DNA from: Octopus bimaculoides | Taxonomy: Eukaryota | Reading direction: 5' to 3' | Assembly (NCBI RefSeq): GCF_001194135.2 | Contig: NC_068982.1 | Location: 100,018,027-100,082,026, forward strand | DNA: 64,000 bases | Shown: in pieces, positions 37,248 to 49,784 of the stretch | Numbering within the stretch: position 1 is the first letter of the stretch | Layout of the letters: every line of letters begins with the position of its first letter | The notes under the pieces: model-generated | The model's database searches: none | What the model was told of the DNA's origin: nothing | What the model saw: only the letters and a program-made list of their open reading frames with translations | Program-made: the position numbers and the translations under genes

Positions 37248-37392
37248 GATAGACACACACACACACACGCATACTAGTCACTAACATCCATCACATGCAT
37301 ATATCATACATATGCCTACATCACATATATGGTGCATACATCATATATGGTGGTTGTCTACTCCTTACACAGAGTTTGACCACCTCCTGCAC

Positions 37393-37590
37393 CTACACCT
37401 TAGCCCGTTCATGGCGTCTGATGTGGCTTTTTAAACCAGAGTGTTTTGAAAAAGCACCCACACAGATTGCACCTCTGATCTGCACTACCAATACCTGCAA
37501 GTAAGTTCTGCTCACTGTGGATCCTAACATGCCTTTTAAGACCCCCATTGGATTTGCAAGCCCTCTGGCACACGCCACATTCAAACGTGT
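37393..37590 (-). mobile_element. Frameshifted double C2H2 motif, probably a LINE ORF2 C-terminus
   Basis: CGVCQRACKSNGGLKRHVRIH, then CNLCGCFFKTL(frameshift)GLKSHIRRHERAKV*. There is no TGEKP linker, and a short UTR and simple-repeat tail follow. Confidence 0.5.
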
Positions 37591-37739
37591 GCACAGACAT
37601 ATAATCAGAATAGCTGGTTGAAGTTTGTTTTCCATGGGTTCGCATGCATACATAGATCATACATTTGCACACATACATCTATATACTTACATTACATGTA
37701 GATGCATATATACATCATTATATATACACAAACACACAT

Positions 37740-37772
<33 letters not shown>

Positions 37773-38238
37773 ACACTCACACAAACATACATCATACATG
37801 TATATACATACACCATATATACATAAATATACATTATATTTGTGTAAAGCCACCAAATATACACATATCACATTACATACAACATATCACCATAAATAAA
37901 TATACACACAATATATATAATCACATATTTATGTATCAATCTTATGCATATATGCATCCATATATCACATTCATATCGATATTTCTCTCAACACTTGGTG
38001 AGCCAGTCTGTTTTCTTCTCTAATTTCATTCCTTTTTTGAATTGAGAGTCTTTCCCATCTTCGTCTTTCATACTCTCAATTTCTTGCTCTCTCGACACTC
38101 ATTTCATTTCTTTTTATGGTGTTTTCTTGCAAAGGTATTTTCCTTGTATCTTTATTTATTACACTTATATTATTGTTGTTTAAATTATTAGTTGCATTAT
38201 GCAAATTTTGGTTGATAATGATGAAAGGGTTATCATTA

Positions 38239-38778
38239 TTATGTGTTGAACGAGACCTTTGGAAATATGCTGTGCGTGAGAAGACCTGGCAAGCCAAGTG
38301 AGACCTAAATCCAAGGCCTCTGCCAGGGGTGTAGCCAGCCCACTTATGCGTACCTTTCCTTCATTGGACACTAAACTCCGCTTGCGAAGACCTGTTGAGG
38401 CAAGTGAAATCGAAATCGTGATGGCACCTGTGCCCAGCGTCGCCTTTCTGGCACTTGTGCTCGTGGCATGTGTAAAGACTTTCGAGCGAGATCGTTGCCA
38501 GTGCCCCTGGACTGGTTCTTGTGCGAGTGGCACATAAAATACACCATTTTGAGCGTGGCCATTGCCAGTACCGCCTGACTGGCTTTCATGCTGGTGGCAC
38601 CCACTACACTCTCGGAGTGGTTGGCGTTAGGAAGGGCATCCAGCTGTAGAAACTCTGCCAAATCAGATTGGGGCCTAGTGTAGCCATCTGGTTTCACCAG
38701 TCCTCAGTCAAATCGTCCAACCCATGCTAGCATGGAAAGCAGACGTTAAACGATGATTGATTATGATGATGATGATGT
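38239..38778 (+). mobile_element. 5'-truncated RTE LINE (ORF2 end and complete 3' UTR)
   Basis: Encodes RDLWKYAVREKTWQAK*, followed by a CpG-rich UTR and a (GAT)n tail. Confidence 0.9.
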
Positions 38779-39114
38779 ATTAATAGTGATAACGTAATTT
38801 TCTGAAATGACACTATTGTTAAATGAATTTGTATCGTTTGATTCTATGGCAATCATTATATATAGCATTTAAGTTATTATCATGATTGATAACATGATTT
38901 TCTGCTATTTCTGGTACATCCAGCTGAAACTTCAGATGGATTCTTTGCGAAGGAAATGGTAACTGGATGGCCTAACAAAGAATTTAGAAATGTACTTCGC
39001 TTTAATGTTGACTTTAGATACCTTATTTGAGAAGAGTTTGGAGATTAATAGTTATCAAGCAAAAGTGAGATGATTCTAAAACATTGGCATAGCTTTAAAA
39101 AGTTATTGTCTTCA

Positions 39115-39473
39115 CACAATTTGTAAAATAATACTTTGGTTATTTCTGATTAATCTCGCTTTTAAACGATGTTTGTCAAATACATGTGTGTGCTGTGTAT
39201 GCACACCTGTGAGTATGTGAGAAAGAAAGGGAAACACACATATGTACATATACACATATGTATATAGAAATATATATATCTCCATATACATGCACACACA
39301 CACATATATATATATATACACAAACATACATAAAAGTATAATAGATATATATATACACGTATATATATATATACACATATACAGACAACTATCATCTGCT
39401 CACAATTCATAAAATAATACTACGGTTATTTTTGGTTAATCTCGCTTTCAAATGTTGTTTGTCAAATACGTGT

Positions 39474-39512
<39 letters not shown>

Positions 39513-39672
39513 AGTGTATACAAGAGAGAAAGGTTATCACATACACATGTATATAGAAATATATATATACATACACACATATATAAATATATACAAACAT
39601 ACATAAATGTATAATAGATATATATATATATATATACACACATCTATATATATATATATATTTATATATATA
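39115..39672. repeat. Tandem repeat of about 286 bp with microsatellite-rich units, running into a gap
   Basis: CACAATT..TAAAATAATACT..GGTTATT...TAATCTCGCTTT at 39115 and 39401. Confidence 0.85.
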
Positions 39673-40931
39673 NNNNNNNNNNNNNNNNNNNNNNNNNNNN
39701 NNNNNNNNNNNNNNNNNNNNNNNNNNNNNNNNNNNNNNNNNNNNNNNNNNNNNNNNNNNNNNNNNNNNNNNNNNNNNNNNNNNNNNNNNNNNNNNNNNNN
39801 NNNNNNNNNNNNNNNNNNNNNNNNNNNNNNNNNNNNNNNNNNNNNNNNNNNNNNNNNNNNNNNNNNNNNNNNNNNNNNNNNNNNNNNNNNNNNNNNNNNN
39901 NNNNNNNNNNNNNNNNNNNNNNNNNNNNNNNNNNNNNNNNNNNNNNNNNNNNNNNNNNNNNNNNNNNNNNNNNNNNNNNNNNNNNNNNNNNNNNNNNNNN
40001 NNNNNNNNNNNNNNNNNNNNNNNNNNNNNNNNNNNNNNNNNNNNNNNNNNNNNNNNNNNNNNNNNNNNNNNNNNNNNNNNNTTAGTCCAGTTACCATGAT
40101 AACATATGTAAAAAGTTTACCTGTCGGGAAAGTTTATTGGAACACTAACATCTTTGTATAGCTAATTGGAGGAGGAGGAGGAAGAGGAGGAGGAGGGTGT
40201 AATGACTATAGCAGACTGAGAGGACATAAAGAAACAAACACCAGTTGCAAAGTGGTGAGAAACAAACATAAATACAAAGATGTACATACACACATATAAA
40301 TATATTTATATATGTGTGTATGTACATCTTGGTATTCATGTTTGTTTCTCACGACTTGGCAACTGGTGTTTGTTTCTTTATGTCACCATAACTTAACAGT
40401 TCAGCAAAAAGGCTGACACAATAAGTTATAGATTAAGCACAGGGATTGATTTGATCAACTAAACCCTTCAAGGCAGTGCTCCAGTATGGCTGCCATTCAA
40501 TAACTAAAGCAAATAAAAGTATGATGTGAATGAATTAATGTAAATATGGAGAAGAATATAAATTGTCCTTAAATTTTATAGAGTTACCCTCCTTGCACCA
40601 TTGGAGAAAATTGTATACTTTTTTCACTTTCCTACTTTCACATAACCTTTTTCTGGTAATAGCTACCTTCATCACAGTTTCAGTTCCTGAACCCAAAAAA
40701 TTTACTCTTGCAACCAATCAAATTCGTCAATGAAAATTCTGGCCACAAAGATCCGATTAAAAGCTATTAGGGATCATAGAAGATGTAAACTTTCCATTTA
40801 AAATTAAAGAATGATTTTTAGGGTTATAATATGTACTCTAGTTCTTCTTCTATCAAGTACTTTTACCTTTTGTTTGTACATCAAAGTGTGTGTGTGTATA
40901 CATACATATGCACATGTGTGTGTTTGTGTGG

Positions 40932-40968
<37 letters not shown>

Positions 40969-41110
40969 TACATATATACATATGTATATGCGTTATATTT
41001 ATATATATATATATATACACACATATGTATACGTTATACATATATACATATGTATATACATTATATATATACAAATGTATATACATTATATATATATATG
41101 CACACACATG

Positions 41111-41116
<6 letters not shown>

Positions 41117-41197
<81 letters not shown>
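41117..41197. repeat. (TA)n microsatellite
   Basis: Pure TA run downstream of the SLC23 stop codon. Confidence 0.98.
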
Positions 41198-41199
<2 letters not shown>

Positions 41200-41338
41200 C
41201 ATTAAGAATTACTTCTGTCCATTATGAACTCAGGATAAAAGGTTGAAATAAATCTACAATATAACTATGTGTACATGATTAACTACGTCAACTAAGTAAT
41301 TGTTTGTTTTCAAAAGTACTAGTAGTTTTCTGCCTCTA

Positions 41339-41344
41339 TTTATT
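41339..41344 (-). promoter_or_regulatory. Candidate polyadenylation signal (AATAAA) of the SLC23 gene
   Basis: AATAAA on the minus strand about 180 nt after the stop. The hexamer is common in AT-rich DNA, so support is weak. Confidence 0.25.
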
Positions 41345-41522
41345 TTGGGTTAAATTCTCATTTAATGTGTGCATGTCCTTTAAAATATATTCCTACAGCA
41401 TAACATTTTATATTAAATTAGATTACAGATAAATAATCTTGCATCCTGAGTAAATTTTAAATTTGTCAACAAAGTCACAGTTCAGATTTAACAAGCAATG
41501 TCAGATGTTATACATTATTTAG

Positions 41523-41746
41523 CTAAGCAATGTTTATGTCAACATTTTTCTTGTGTCTGCAACAACGGGATCTACAGCTTAAGGTAGGAGATACGTAGCC
41601 AGGGAGAAATGGAATGTACTGAAATATCTTAGACTTCTTATTGGTTGTATTAATAAATGGTAGTCCATATGAATCAGCCTTTTCTTCATTTGATTCATCT
41701 ACAGTTATTTCTTGCCATGCAATGAAGCCTCTTTCTTCCAGTGTGC
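41523..41746 (-). CDS. SLC23A: SLC23/NAT transporter terminal coding exon (224 nt including TAG)
   Basis: Acceptor ttttcag. Reads GTLEERGFIAWQEITVDESNEEKADSYGLPFINTTNKKSKIFQYIPFLPGYVSPTLSCRSRCCRHKKNVDINIA*, with the GT.EERG, Y.LP and YIPF.P motifs. Confidence 0.94.
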
Positions 41747-42557
41747 CTGAAAATATTTAATGTTTAATACCTTAATAGAACATTTTATAAATAACAAATA
41801 TCATTACAAAACAGAATGAGTTAACAAAAATATAGAATTTGTACTGCCACGTAAAGGAGATTGTAAAGTATGACAGTCTATGCCACTGAGTAAATGGTAG
41901 TCAGTGGTAAACTGGGTCTCAGGCTCAGATTCATTACTCAATTTAACCATTTGGCTTACTCAACTATTTCCTATAGAATGCAAAACCAGTGTTACAGCAG
42001 CTTTCTGTTTTGCCACTGATTGAGGCCAATGGAAGTTGTTAGATAGTTCTGATTACAAACGTCAACAACTGACTTTGTCTTACTAATGTATAGAAGAAAT
42101 AAATATAAAATATAAATTTTAAAAATATTCACAAAAGATATTGGTTTCAAATTTTGGTACAAGACCAGCAAGTACGGGGAATGTTAATTACATTGACTCC
42201 AGTACTCAGCTAGTACTTATTTTATTGACTCTGAAAAGATGAAAGGCAAAGTTAGCCTCAGCAGAATTCTTAACTCAGAACATAAAGACAGACAAAAAGC
42301 TGTTAAGCATTTTGCCTGGCATCTTGTATTCAAAAAAGATATTCCCAATTTGTTGGGTATTTGCGTGTTAACAACACAAAGGGAGAAAATTTCCCTACTA
42401 GCTAAAAGCATTTACCATCAAAGACTAATAGTTTTTACAAGCAAAGGGAAAAAATAAATTTAATGGCACAAACTCTTGAAAATAAAGATAATTATACAAA
42501 TTGATACTATCAGGCAGAAACTAGAAATATTGGTACAAACTAATGTAAAAAAAAAAT

Positions 42558-42806
42558 AAATGCGCCCTTTTAAAGCCTAGCCAGACTCATGGTCCCGGTT
42601 TCCCAGTTTCTATGGCGTATGTGTTCCCCAGCTGGACGGGACGCCAGTCCATCGTAGCGTTACTCATTTTTGCCAGCTGAGTGGACTGGAGCAACGTGAA
42701 ATGAAGTGTTTTGCTCAAGAACACGTGTCGCCTAGCCCAGGAATCGAAACCACAATCTTATGATCATGATGCTAACACCCTAACCACTAAGCCACATGCC
42801 TCCACA
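42558..42806 (-). mobile_element. tRNA-headed SINE in the last SLC23 intron
   Basis: Head TGTGGAGGCATGTGGCTTAGTGGTTAG...GGTTTCGATTCC, with TSD-like ACAAACT(A/G)ATGT on both sides. Confidence 0.85.
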
Positions 42807-43544
42807 CAAACTGATGTTAATAAACAGAAAATAGTAAAACTGAAAGTGTGGGAAATAATGTAAGGGTACTTTGAAAATTTCTATTACGATAGGTTTGGGT
42901 ATGTGGGTATTTTGAAGACACCTTAAGGAATGATGACTGTGCCCTGCATAGTTATGGGTTGTCCTTTGGCAAGGTAAAGCACCTGTTCAGCTGCCCTGCC
43001 AGAGATACAGCAAAGCCATGAGACTGCAGCATGACAGATTGTGAAGAGGTAGTTGAAGAGCTCAACTGAGCCAACAGTGCTTCTTACATTGATGTTGAGC
43101 AGAGGAATCCTAGAAGATCAATGGTCAGGATAACTAAACTCTATCAAGAGAGTAACTGCAACATATGTGTAAGGGTGGCACCTATGGTTGTGTAACTAAC
43201 TAATGAAAGGTTCACTGTGACTCAAGTTCCCAATTCAAATTCATAATAATGGAATTGGATGGCAACATAGAGTCATGGAATTCGCAAAAGCAGCAAATAT
43301 AAAAAAGAAAATAATAGGCTTATCCTACCAATATAAATATAATGTATTAATATAGTATAAAGTTACAAAAATGTCTCAAAAGTGTAGTGACACAGATATA
43401 TCTCTGTTAACCCTTTAAGCATTTTAACCAGCCGCATCCAACCTAAATACACTGCCAGTTTTATGTTCAAACTGGCCAGATCAATCTCTCACACCTATAA
43501 AAATAAACAATCACATCATCAAAATTTCAAAGATATGAGAAAAG

Positions 43545-43845
43545 ACATCCGAGCGAGATCGTTGCCAGTGCCGCTGGACTGGCTCCTGTGCGGGTGGCAC
43601 GTAAAATACACCATTTTGAGCGTGGCTGTTGCCAGTACCGCCTGACTGGCCTTCGTGCCGGTGGCACGTAAAAGCACCCACTACACTCTCGGAGTGGTTG
43701 GCGTTAGGAAGGGCATCCAGCTGTAGAAACTCTGCCAAATCAGATTGGAGCCTGGTGTAGACATCTGGTTTCACCAGTCCTCAGTCAAATCGTCCAACCC
43801 ATGCTAGCATGGAAAGCAGACGTTAAACAATGATGATGATGATGA
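43545..43845 (+). mobile_element. RTE 3' UTR fragment nested in a TTAA MITE
   Basis: Near-identical to 38480-38760. MITE sequence resumes on both sides (about 43411-43540 and 43846-43928). Confidence 0.85.
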
Positions 43846-45049
43846 GATAATGCATGATAAATTAAAATTAATATGAATAAATAAGCTTTACATTTTTGAC
43901 AGAATAATCCTGAATACCAAAGTGTTAAGGCATTAACTTTAATAAGTGTTTATTGACATTTAGCAGTTCAGAGAATAACAGCTGTGAGGAAACTAAATAT
44001 GGTGGAGCAGCCAATCAGAAAGGTCAAAGTTCATAGACAAGGAATGAACAAGAACATCAAGATTAAGAATCCACTATTATTATATATTCTTGAAAGATTT
44101 ATTAAGGTAAAAGTACCCTTTCTATTAGTAACACTGTTCCTACTCACCCTTATATAATGTGGGGTAGCTATCTATCATCACTATAGAAAGGCACCTGGAC
44201 TTGTCCCTTTATACTTTTAGCCTATCAACACCTGGTTTAAAACTACATCCCACTTTTCAAATACCCATCCCCCATCCATAACTGAGTGGGCTTTCCTGTT
44301 CTTTTCCTATCTTGAAAGTTACTTGGCAACATCACAAGACCTGATTGCACAAAAGTAGCTCCCAGTACACACAGTAAAGTGGTTGGCATTAGGAAAGGCA
44401 TCTAACCGTAGAAACCAGACCAAGGCTGACACAGGGACTCGATGTAGCCTTGTGACTCACCAGATCCAGTCAACTTGTCCAACCCATGCTAGCATAGAAA
44501 ACAGATGTATGATGATGATGATGATGAAACTCTTGTCATTTAAACATAACAGGATTATGGAGGCCAGTTGCATAAGATGACTACTGTGATACTACTAAAG
44601 TTCACATAATTATGTGCTTCTAGGTTCAATTTCAGAGCGTGGTACCCTTGGGGAAGTATCTTCTATTACAGTTTTGAATTGACCTGTCTTTTGTTTTTTG
44701 TAATAAAACTAAATAGACTGAAACTGCATGAAAGCCTGTTGGAATGGCTGTATCTATTCTTATGAGATAAACTTAATCTGTCATCCATTTTAACACCAAC
44801 CAGTTGGCCTTTGTATATCTTTAGCAAAGTTCACTGTTGCATAGATTTGGAGCAGAGTTCCAATCTGTGAATAAATAGTGATGTGTTAGGGTTTCTTCTT
44901 TCTCTCAAATACTCTTGGAGGGCCTACTAAAGGGTAGTGGGCACTGCCTTTCCTCTTCTGATTAAGCCTATAACATTTTTTTACAAATTGTTTTTAGAAA
45001 ATTTCATAAAATATTTTATAAAATTTTGTTATAAAAATTGGGGACTTAC

Positions 45050-45145
45050 CTGGCACTGTGTTGTCAAGGAAGCAAGCTAAGGCACCACCAACAAAATTAG
45101 CATTTCCTAGCAATGTTTGTAATATGTTATTTAATTCTACATAAC
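45050..45145 (-). CDS. SLC23A: SLC23/NAT transporter exon (96 nt, phase 1 to 1)
   Basis: Acceptor tacttag and donor gtaagt. Reads GYVELNNILQTLLGNANFVGGALACFLDNTVPG, with the FVGG..A..LDNT.PG motif. Confidence 0.95.
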
Positions 45146-45214
45146 CTAAGTAATAAAAAAAATAGAACAGATAAGAATATTGATATTAAAACATGAAGTA
45201 TACAAATGCAGAAT

Positions 45215-45430
45215 ATTCTTTTCTACTCTAGGCACAAGGCCTGAAATTTTGGGGGAGGAGACCAGTCAATTAGATCAACCCCAGTATGCAACTGGTACTT
45301 AATTTATCGACCCCGAAAGGATGAAAGGCAAAGTTGACCTTGGCAGAATTTGAACTCAGAACGTAAAGACAGACAAAATACTGCTAAGCATTTTGCCTGG
45401 TGTGCTAGCATTTCTGCCAGCTTGCTGCCT
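45215..45430 (-). mobile_element. SINE (family of 6895-7332)
   Basis: 14-bp TSD TACAA(A/G)TGCAGAAT at 45201-45214 and 45431-45444. Confidence 0.85.
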
Positions 45431-47505
45431 TACAAGTGCAGAATGTTAAACAGAATATTTGTATATCACCAATATTAAAACAGATTGAAAAGAATGTAAT
45501 TATGTGTTATAGAATTTGTATTCTAACATTACTGCTTAGTAGTCTCTCTATAGCAAGACACTTGTGCTTGTTCTTCTATCATACATTAGCAGCATTTCAA
45601 TGCCTGACATAGAGCTATCTTCCCCTCTCAAATGCTTCCCAGTTTAGTAATGAGAACTTTTTCCTTTTCCTTTTGCCTTATTCTTTTTTTCTGCTTGCAA
45701 GTTATTTGGAAATTTCACTAGGACTAGTGGCACAAAAAAATGCATCCAGTACAATCTGTAAAATGGTTCGCATTAGGAAGGGCATCCGATCATAGAAACC
45801 ATGCCAAAGCTAACAATGGAGCTTGATGTGGTCTTGTGGCTTGCCAGATGCTATCAACCTGTCCAACCCATGCCCACATGAAATGTGGATGGTAAATGAT
45901 GATGCTGATGACGAGAACAAATGGTGAAGAAAAAATATATAAGAAAACAAATAACTTTTCTAAAATAAAAACTTAAGCAACTGATAACACTATATACTAA
46001 ATAGGAAAAACTCAATGCGGGAGTCATTAGTCATTCAACTGGCTAGAAATAACAGTCAAATCTCCTTCAAATCACAGCCTACTTAAAAAGAGAAAGGATA
46101 TTACAGGATGATATAGTCTTAAGTAATTCTAAAAAGATGGTTTTGTCCCAGCTGGAATGCTTTTAATCATAATCTGCTGGATTAGGACAGACTTTAGGTT
46201 AAAGCAACAAAATATAAGAAACACATTTTCAATGAAATTAAATCCAAGTAAACGTACATGCAACTGTCTAACCAATCAATTTCTTGTTGAGCAAATGTGG
46301 GAGTTGCAACACAAATACTTTGACATGATAGACATAGCAGACAAATCTTTCTGACACTTAACCCTCTCACCTTAAGAAAATTCAGTGAGGTCAAATTGGA
46401 TAATGTCATTCTAGACAAACTTTGTCTGAAAAATAAATGATATTGTCACAGCTGGAACATCAAATTAGATCATGTTATTCTAAACATACTCGATCTAAAA
46501 CATAGATGAAACGGTTACAACTGGGATGTCATTGATTATAGTTCTGATCAATCAGGGCTGACATATGGTTAGACAACACAGCTTCACTGGACAATTGTAG
46601 TTACTTCTATCTTTCACAAATACCAAGTTATTTGATTCTGTTCACACTTTAGATCAACTTCAGTAATTAACTGACAAATATTCACACATGTTTAATAATA
46701 AACTTTTATAATGTACAATATTCTACAATAAATGATAGTTACTTACAATGGATAAATCCATCAAAATGTTATATCATTTATTTCGGAGTATGCACAGTAT
46801 ACATTTCACTTTCATTATAAAATAGTATAATATATACGATATTTTGAAATTGTAACTCATAACAATTGCTGATTCTCTACAAAGCTCAAATGAAGATCCC
46901 AATAAAGTACTGCTCAATAAAGTACACCTGCATCCAGAGAAAGGTCACTGAACTAACTGGCATTAAATCACTAACAAATATGCTCCAGTTTCTGGTGTGC
47001 TGTCTTCTCTATCTATCTTTTCTATAGCTAGTACAATGGCCTGTGTTTTGCAAAAGTGGCTGGTCTCATACATCTTTTACTCAGGTACTCTTCATCTACT
47101 TGTATCCCCCTCTTTTTACCCTTGTTATGTCCATCCATGCCCTGATCCTGTAATAATATCAGCATTCTGGAAATTTCTCCTTGCTTATGTTTTTCTTGCA
47201 GCTACTGAACAGTAAAGGTCATGGGCATTGCCCTTCCTTCTAGATTCAGCAAGAAAAAGAAAATGACTAGGAACAATCTCTGAAGTACCAATAAAACAAA
47301 GATTATTTCATTGTATTAATATTATTTCTAAGCTACTGACAAGCTAGAGCATATTCCTGCCTGTATAGTGTTGAGTAAGTGAGAGATAGGTGAGGGACAT
47401 AGATCACATAAATTAAGATACCTCTTGAAGGGAAGCAACTGAATAATTTAAAGAAAATGTAATATCTATTTTTTGACTTGCTTTTGGATAATATCCGTAT
47501 TCTCA

Positions 47506-47711
47506 GTTGGTTATGCTAGGAAGTCTAGCAGAATAGTGTAATGACAGTTGCTCCTGATATGACCTTATGGAGGAGGTGCCTGAGAACTATACCCTTACAA
47601 CCCTTCAAAGAACAGTGGGTAGTGAAAATGGATGGATGGGTCTTAGTACAACTTTTATTGATACTGAATGATGAAATAACATTTTAACTTAATACTGGTA
47701 CAAAGAAAACT
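47506..47711. repeat. 206-bp locally duplicated intronic segment, copy A
   Basis: Seven transitions relative to 48924-49129. Confidence 0.95.
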
Positions 47712-47739
47712 AAAGATTTCAAAAGAAGAAAATACTTAC

Positions 47740-48013
47740 CTGTATCAAAAGGTTTTTTAGAGCTAGAAACATAATAGGGTACCATTAAACCAAACAAAAG
47801 TGAGATGCCAATGATAGCTAAGTTGCGAGATGAGTTCATATCTATATACATCATGTTGGAGAGTACTAGACCAATAAAAATACCAAAACTGATAATTTGT
47901 ACTCCACCAAGTACAGGGTAAGGAATTATCACAAAAATTGCACCAAGTTTTCCAAGGACTCCAAATACAATGAATATGACGCCAACCATTTGAAATACTC
48001 GTCTGCTTCCAAC
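47740..48013 (-). CDS. SLC23A: SLC23/NAT transporter exon (274 nt, phase 0 to 1)
   Basis: Acceptor ttctag and donor gtaagt. Reads VGSRRVFQMVGVIFIVFGVLGKLGAIFVIIPYPVLGG...GLVLSNMMYIDMNSSRNLAIIGISLLFGLMVPYY... Confidence 0.96.
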
Positions 48014-48805
48014 CTAGAATATAAGAATATTTAATATATAAAGAATTGTTTTTAATATATTTTTTTGTTCAATTCACTCTCTGCTGTTCATGCTTTCAAA
48101 TATATAATGGCCAGCAATAATCTAAAATAACTACTTTCATATAGTTATAACATATAATCTTTAGAATTTGGCAAGTGGGTGGTCTCAGCAAAAATGAATC
48201 CAGTTAAAGGAAAAAATATGAGCTACAAGCAAAATAAAAAAAAAACTTTCTTGCTGGTAACATTAAAGCTTTGAATTTTACAGTTAAAAGTTGGAAGATC
48301 TCTCTCTGATGCAGTGGTAGCATACCCATCTACTCTATGATAGACACATGGTTCCATTCCAGTCAGTGACTTTGTCCACATTTTTCTGTGTGAGGGAATT
48401 ATTGGCCATAGCTACACTGGCATTTAAGCAACTTTGTAAAAAGAGTCCAAATAAGTCTTAAGTGACATATGGGAAATATAAATTTAATAGTATGGAACTG
48501 CAGGATATAGTAAAACAAGTGATTTATTTACAAATTTTAATTATAAACTGTGGAAACTGAAAACTAATTTCGTCAGTAAATTCCAACTGGTTTTCATTGT
48601 TATTCTAACTTTCATCAACTGTTTATGGACAGAAATTATTGGTTTTGGGGCCCTCAAATTAAACAATTCAGGTGTAAGTTGTCATCGTCATCATCGTTTA
48701 ATGCTTGTTTTCCATGCCAGCATGGGTTGGATGGTTTGAAAGGAGCTTGCCATGCTCCAATTGTCTGTTTTGGCATGGTTTTCACAGCTAGATGTCCTTC
48801 CTAAT

Positions 48806-49129
48806 TTCGCTTCCCAACCACATGGTTTCAGGTTCAATCCCATAGTATGGCACCTTGGATAAATCAACAGAAACTGAAAGAAGTATGCTGCATGTGTGTG
48901 TGTGTGTGTGTGTATGCTGGTTGGTTGGTTATGCTAGGAAGTCTAGCAAAATAGTGTAATGACAGTTGCTTCTGATACGACCTTATGGAGGAGGTGCCTA
49001 AGAACTATACCCTTACAACCCTTCAAAGAACAGTGGGCAGTGAAAATGGATGGATGGGTCTTAGTACAACTTCTATTGATATTGAATGATGAAATAACAT
49101 TTTAACTTAATACTGGTACAAAGAAAACT
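48806..49129. repeat. Composite duplicate: copy of 50344-50435 joined to a copy of 47506-47711
   Basis: 48806-48912 shares the same internal SINE deletion (CACCTTGG|ATAAATCAACAGAAACTG) as 50344-50435, and 48924-49129 matches 47506-47711. Confidence 0.92.
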
Positions 49130-49407
49130 TTACAGAGTGTGCTGTATGCATTTATGTGGCACTGGCACAAGTGCATTGTACAAGGCACTGGCGCCTGCAA
49201 AGCAAAGACCTCTCAACTGAGAGAGGGTGAGGGAGGTATGGCCATAAAGGACATACCTATATGTATGGATGGCCATATGGTATGACAAGACATAGTATAC
49301 ATCAATGAAAGACACACACATACAGAGATGAAGACTAAAACAGAGACAAAATGGAGGAATTTGATTAATCAAAAGTTTATATAGTGTAAAATATAATTAA
49401 TAATTAA

Positions 49408-49733
49408 CCCATAAAGTGCTGGGATTTTCACTTACATAGCATGGGCTGCTGAGCACATTCTATGAAAATGAGACTATCGTACACACATAAAAAACAAAAA
49501 AAATAGTTAAAATATCTTCTTAGTATATAATGGTGGCAAGTTTTACATCATCCAAAAAGTCATTAGTTGAACTATTAGTCCTCTTGCATTCTGGGAACGA
49601 GGTGTATCGGAGTATTTGAGTGACATTAGACCCCAACAAACGCCCATAAATTAAATGCATCTATCTGGGCCACAATCATGGCCTGTCGACCTGTGCCTGA
49701 TGGCCACAATCGTGGCCCGTAATGCTTTATGTG
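49408..49733. mobile_element. piggyBac-type MITE in an SLC23 intron
   Basis: TTAA on both flanks (49404-49407, 49734-49737) and imperfect TIRs C(C/A)CATAAAG...GGG. Confidence 0.6.
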
Positions 49734-49784
49734 TTAAAACTATAAACAAATAAAACAAATACAAACAATTCAGTTATTGATTAC

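Noticed and set aside
38076-38297. Asn-rich 73-aa minus-strand ORF
   Set aside because: Low-complexity AT-rich sequence overlapping the antisense of an RTE end, with no support as a gene.
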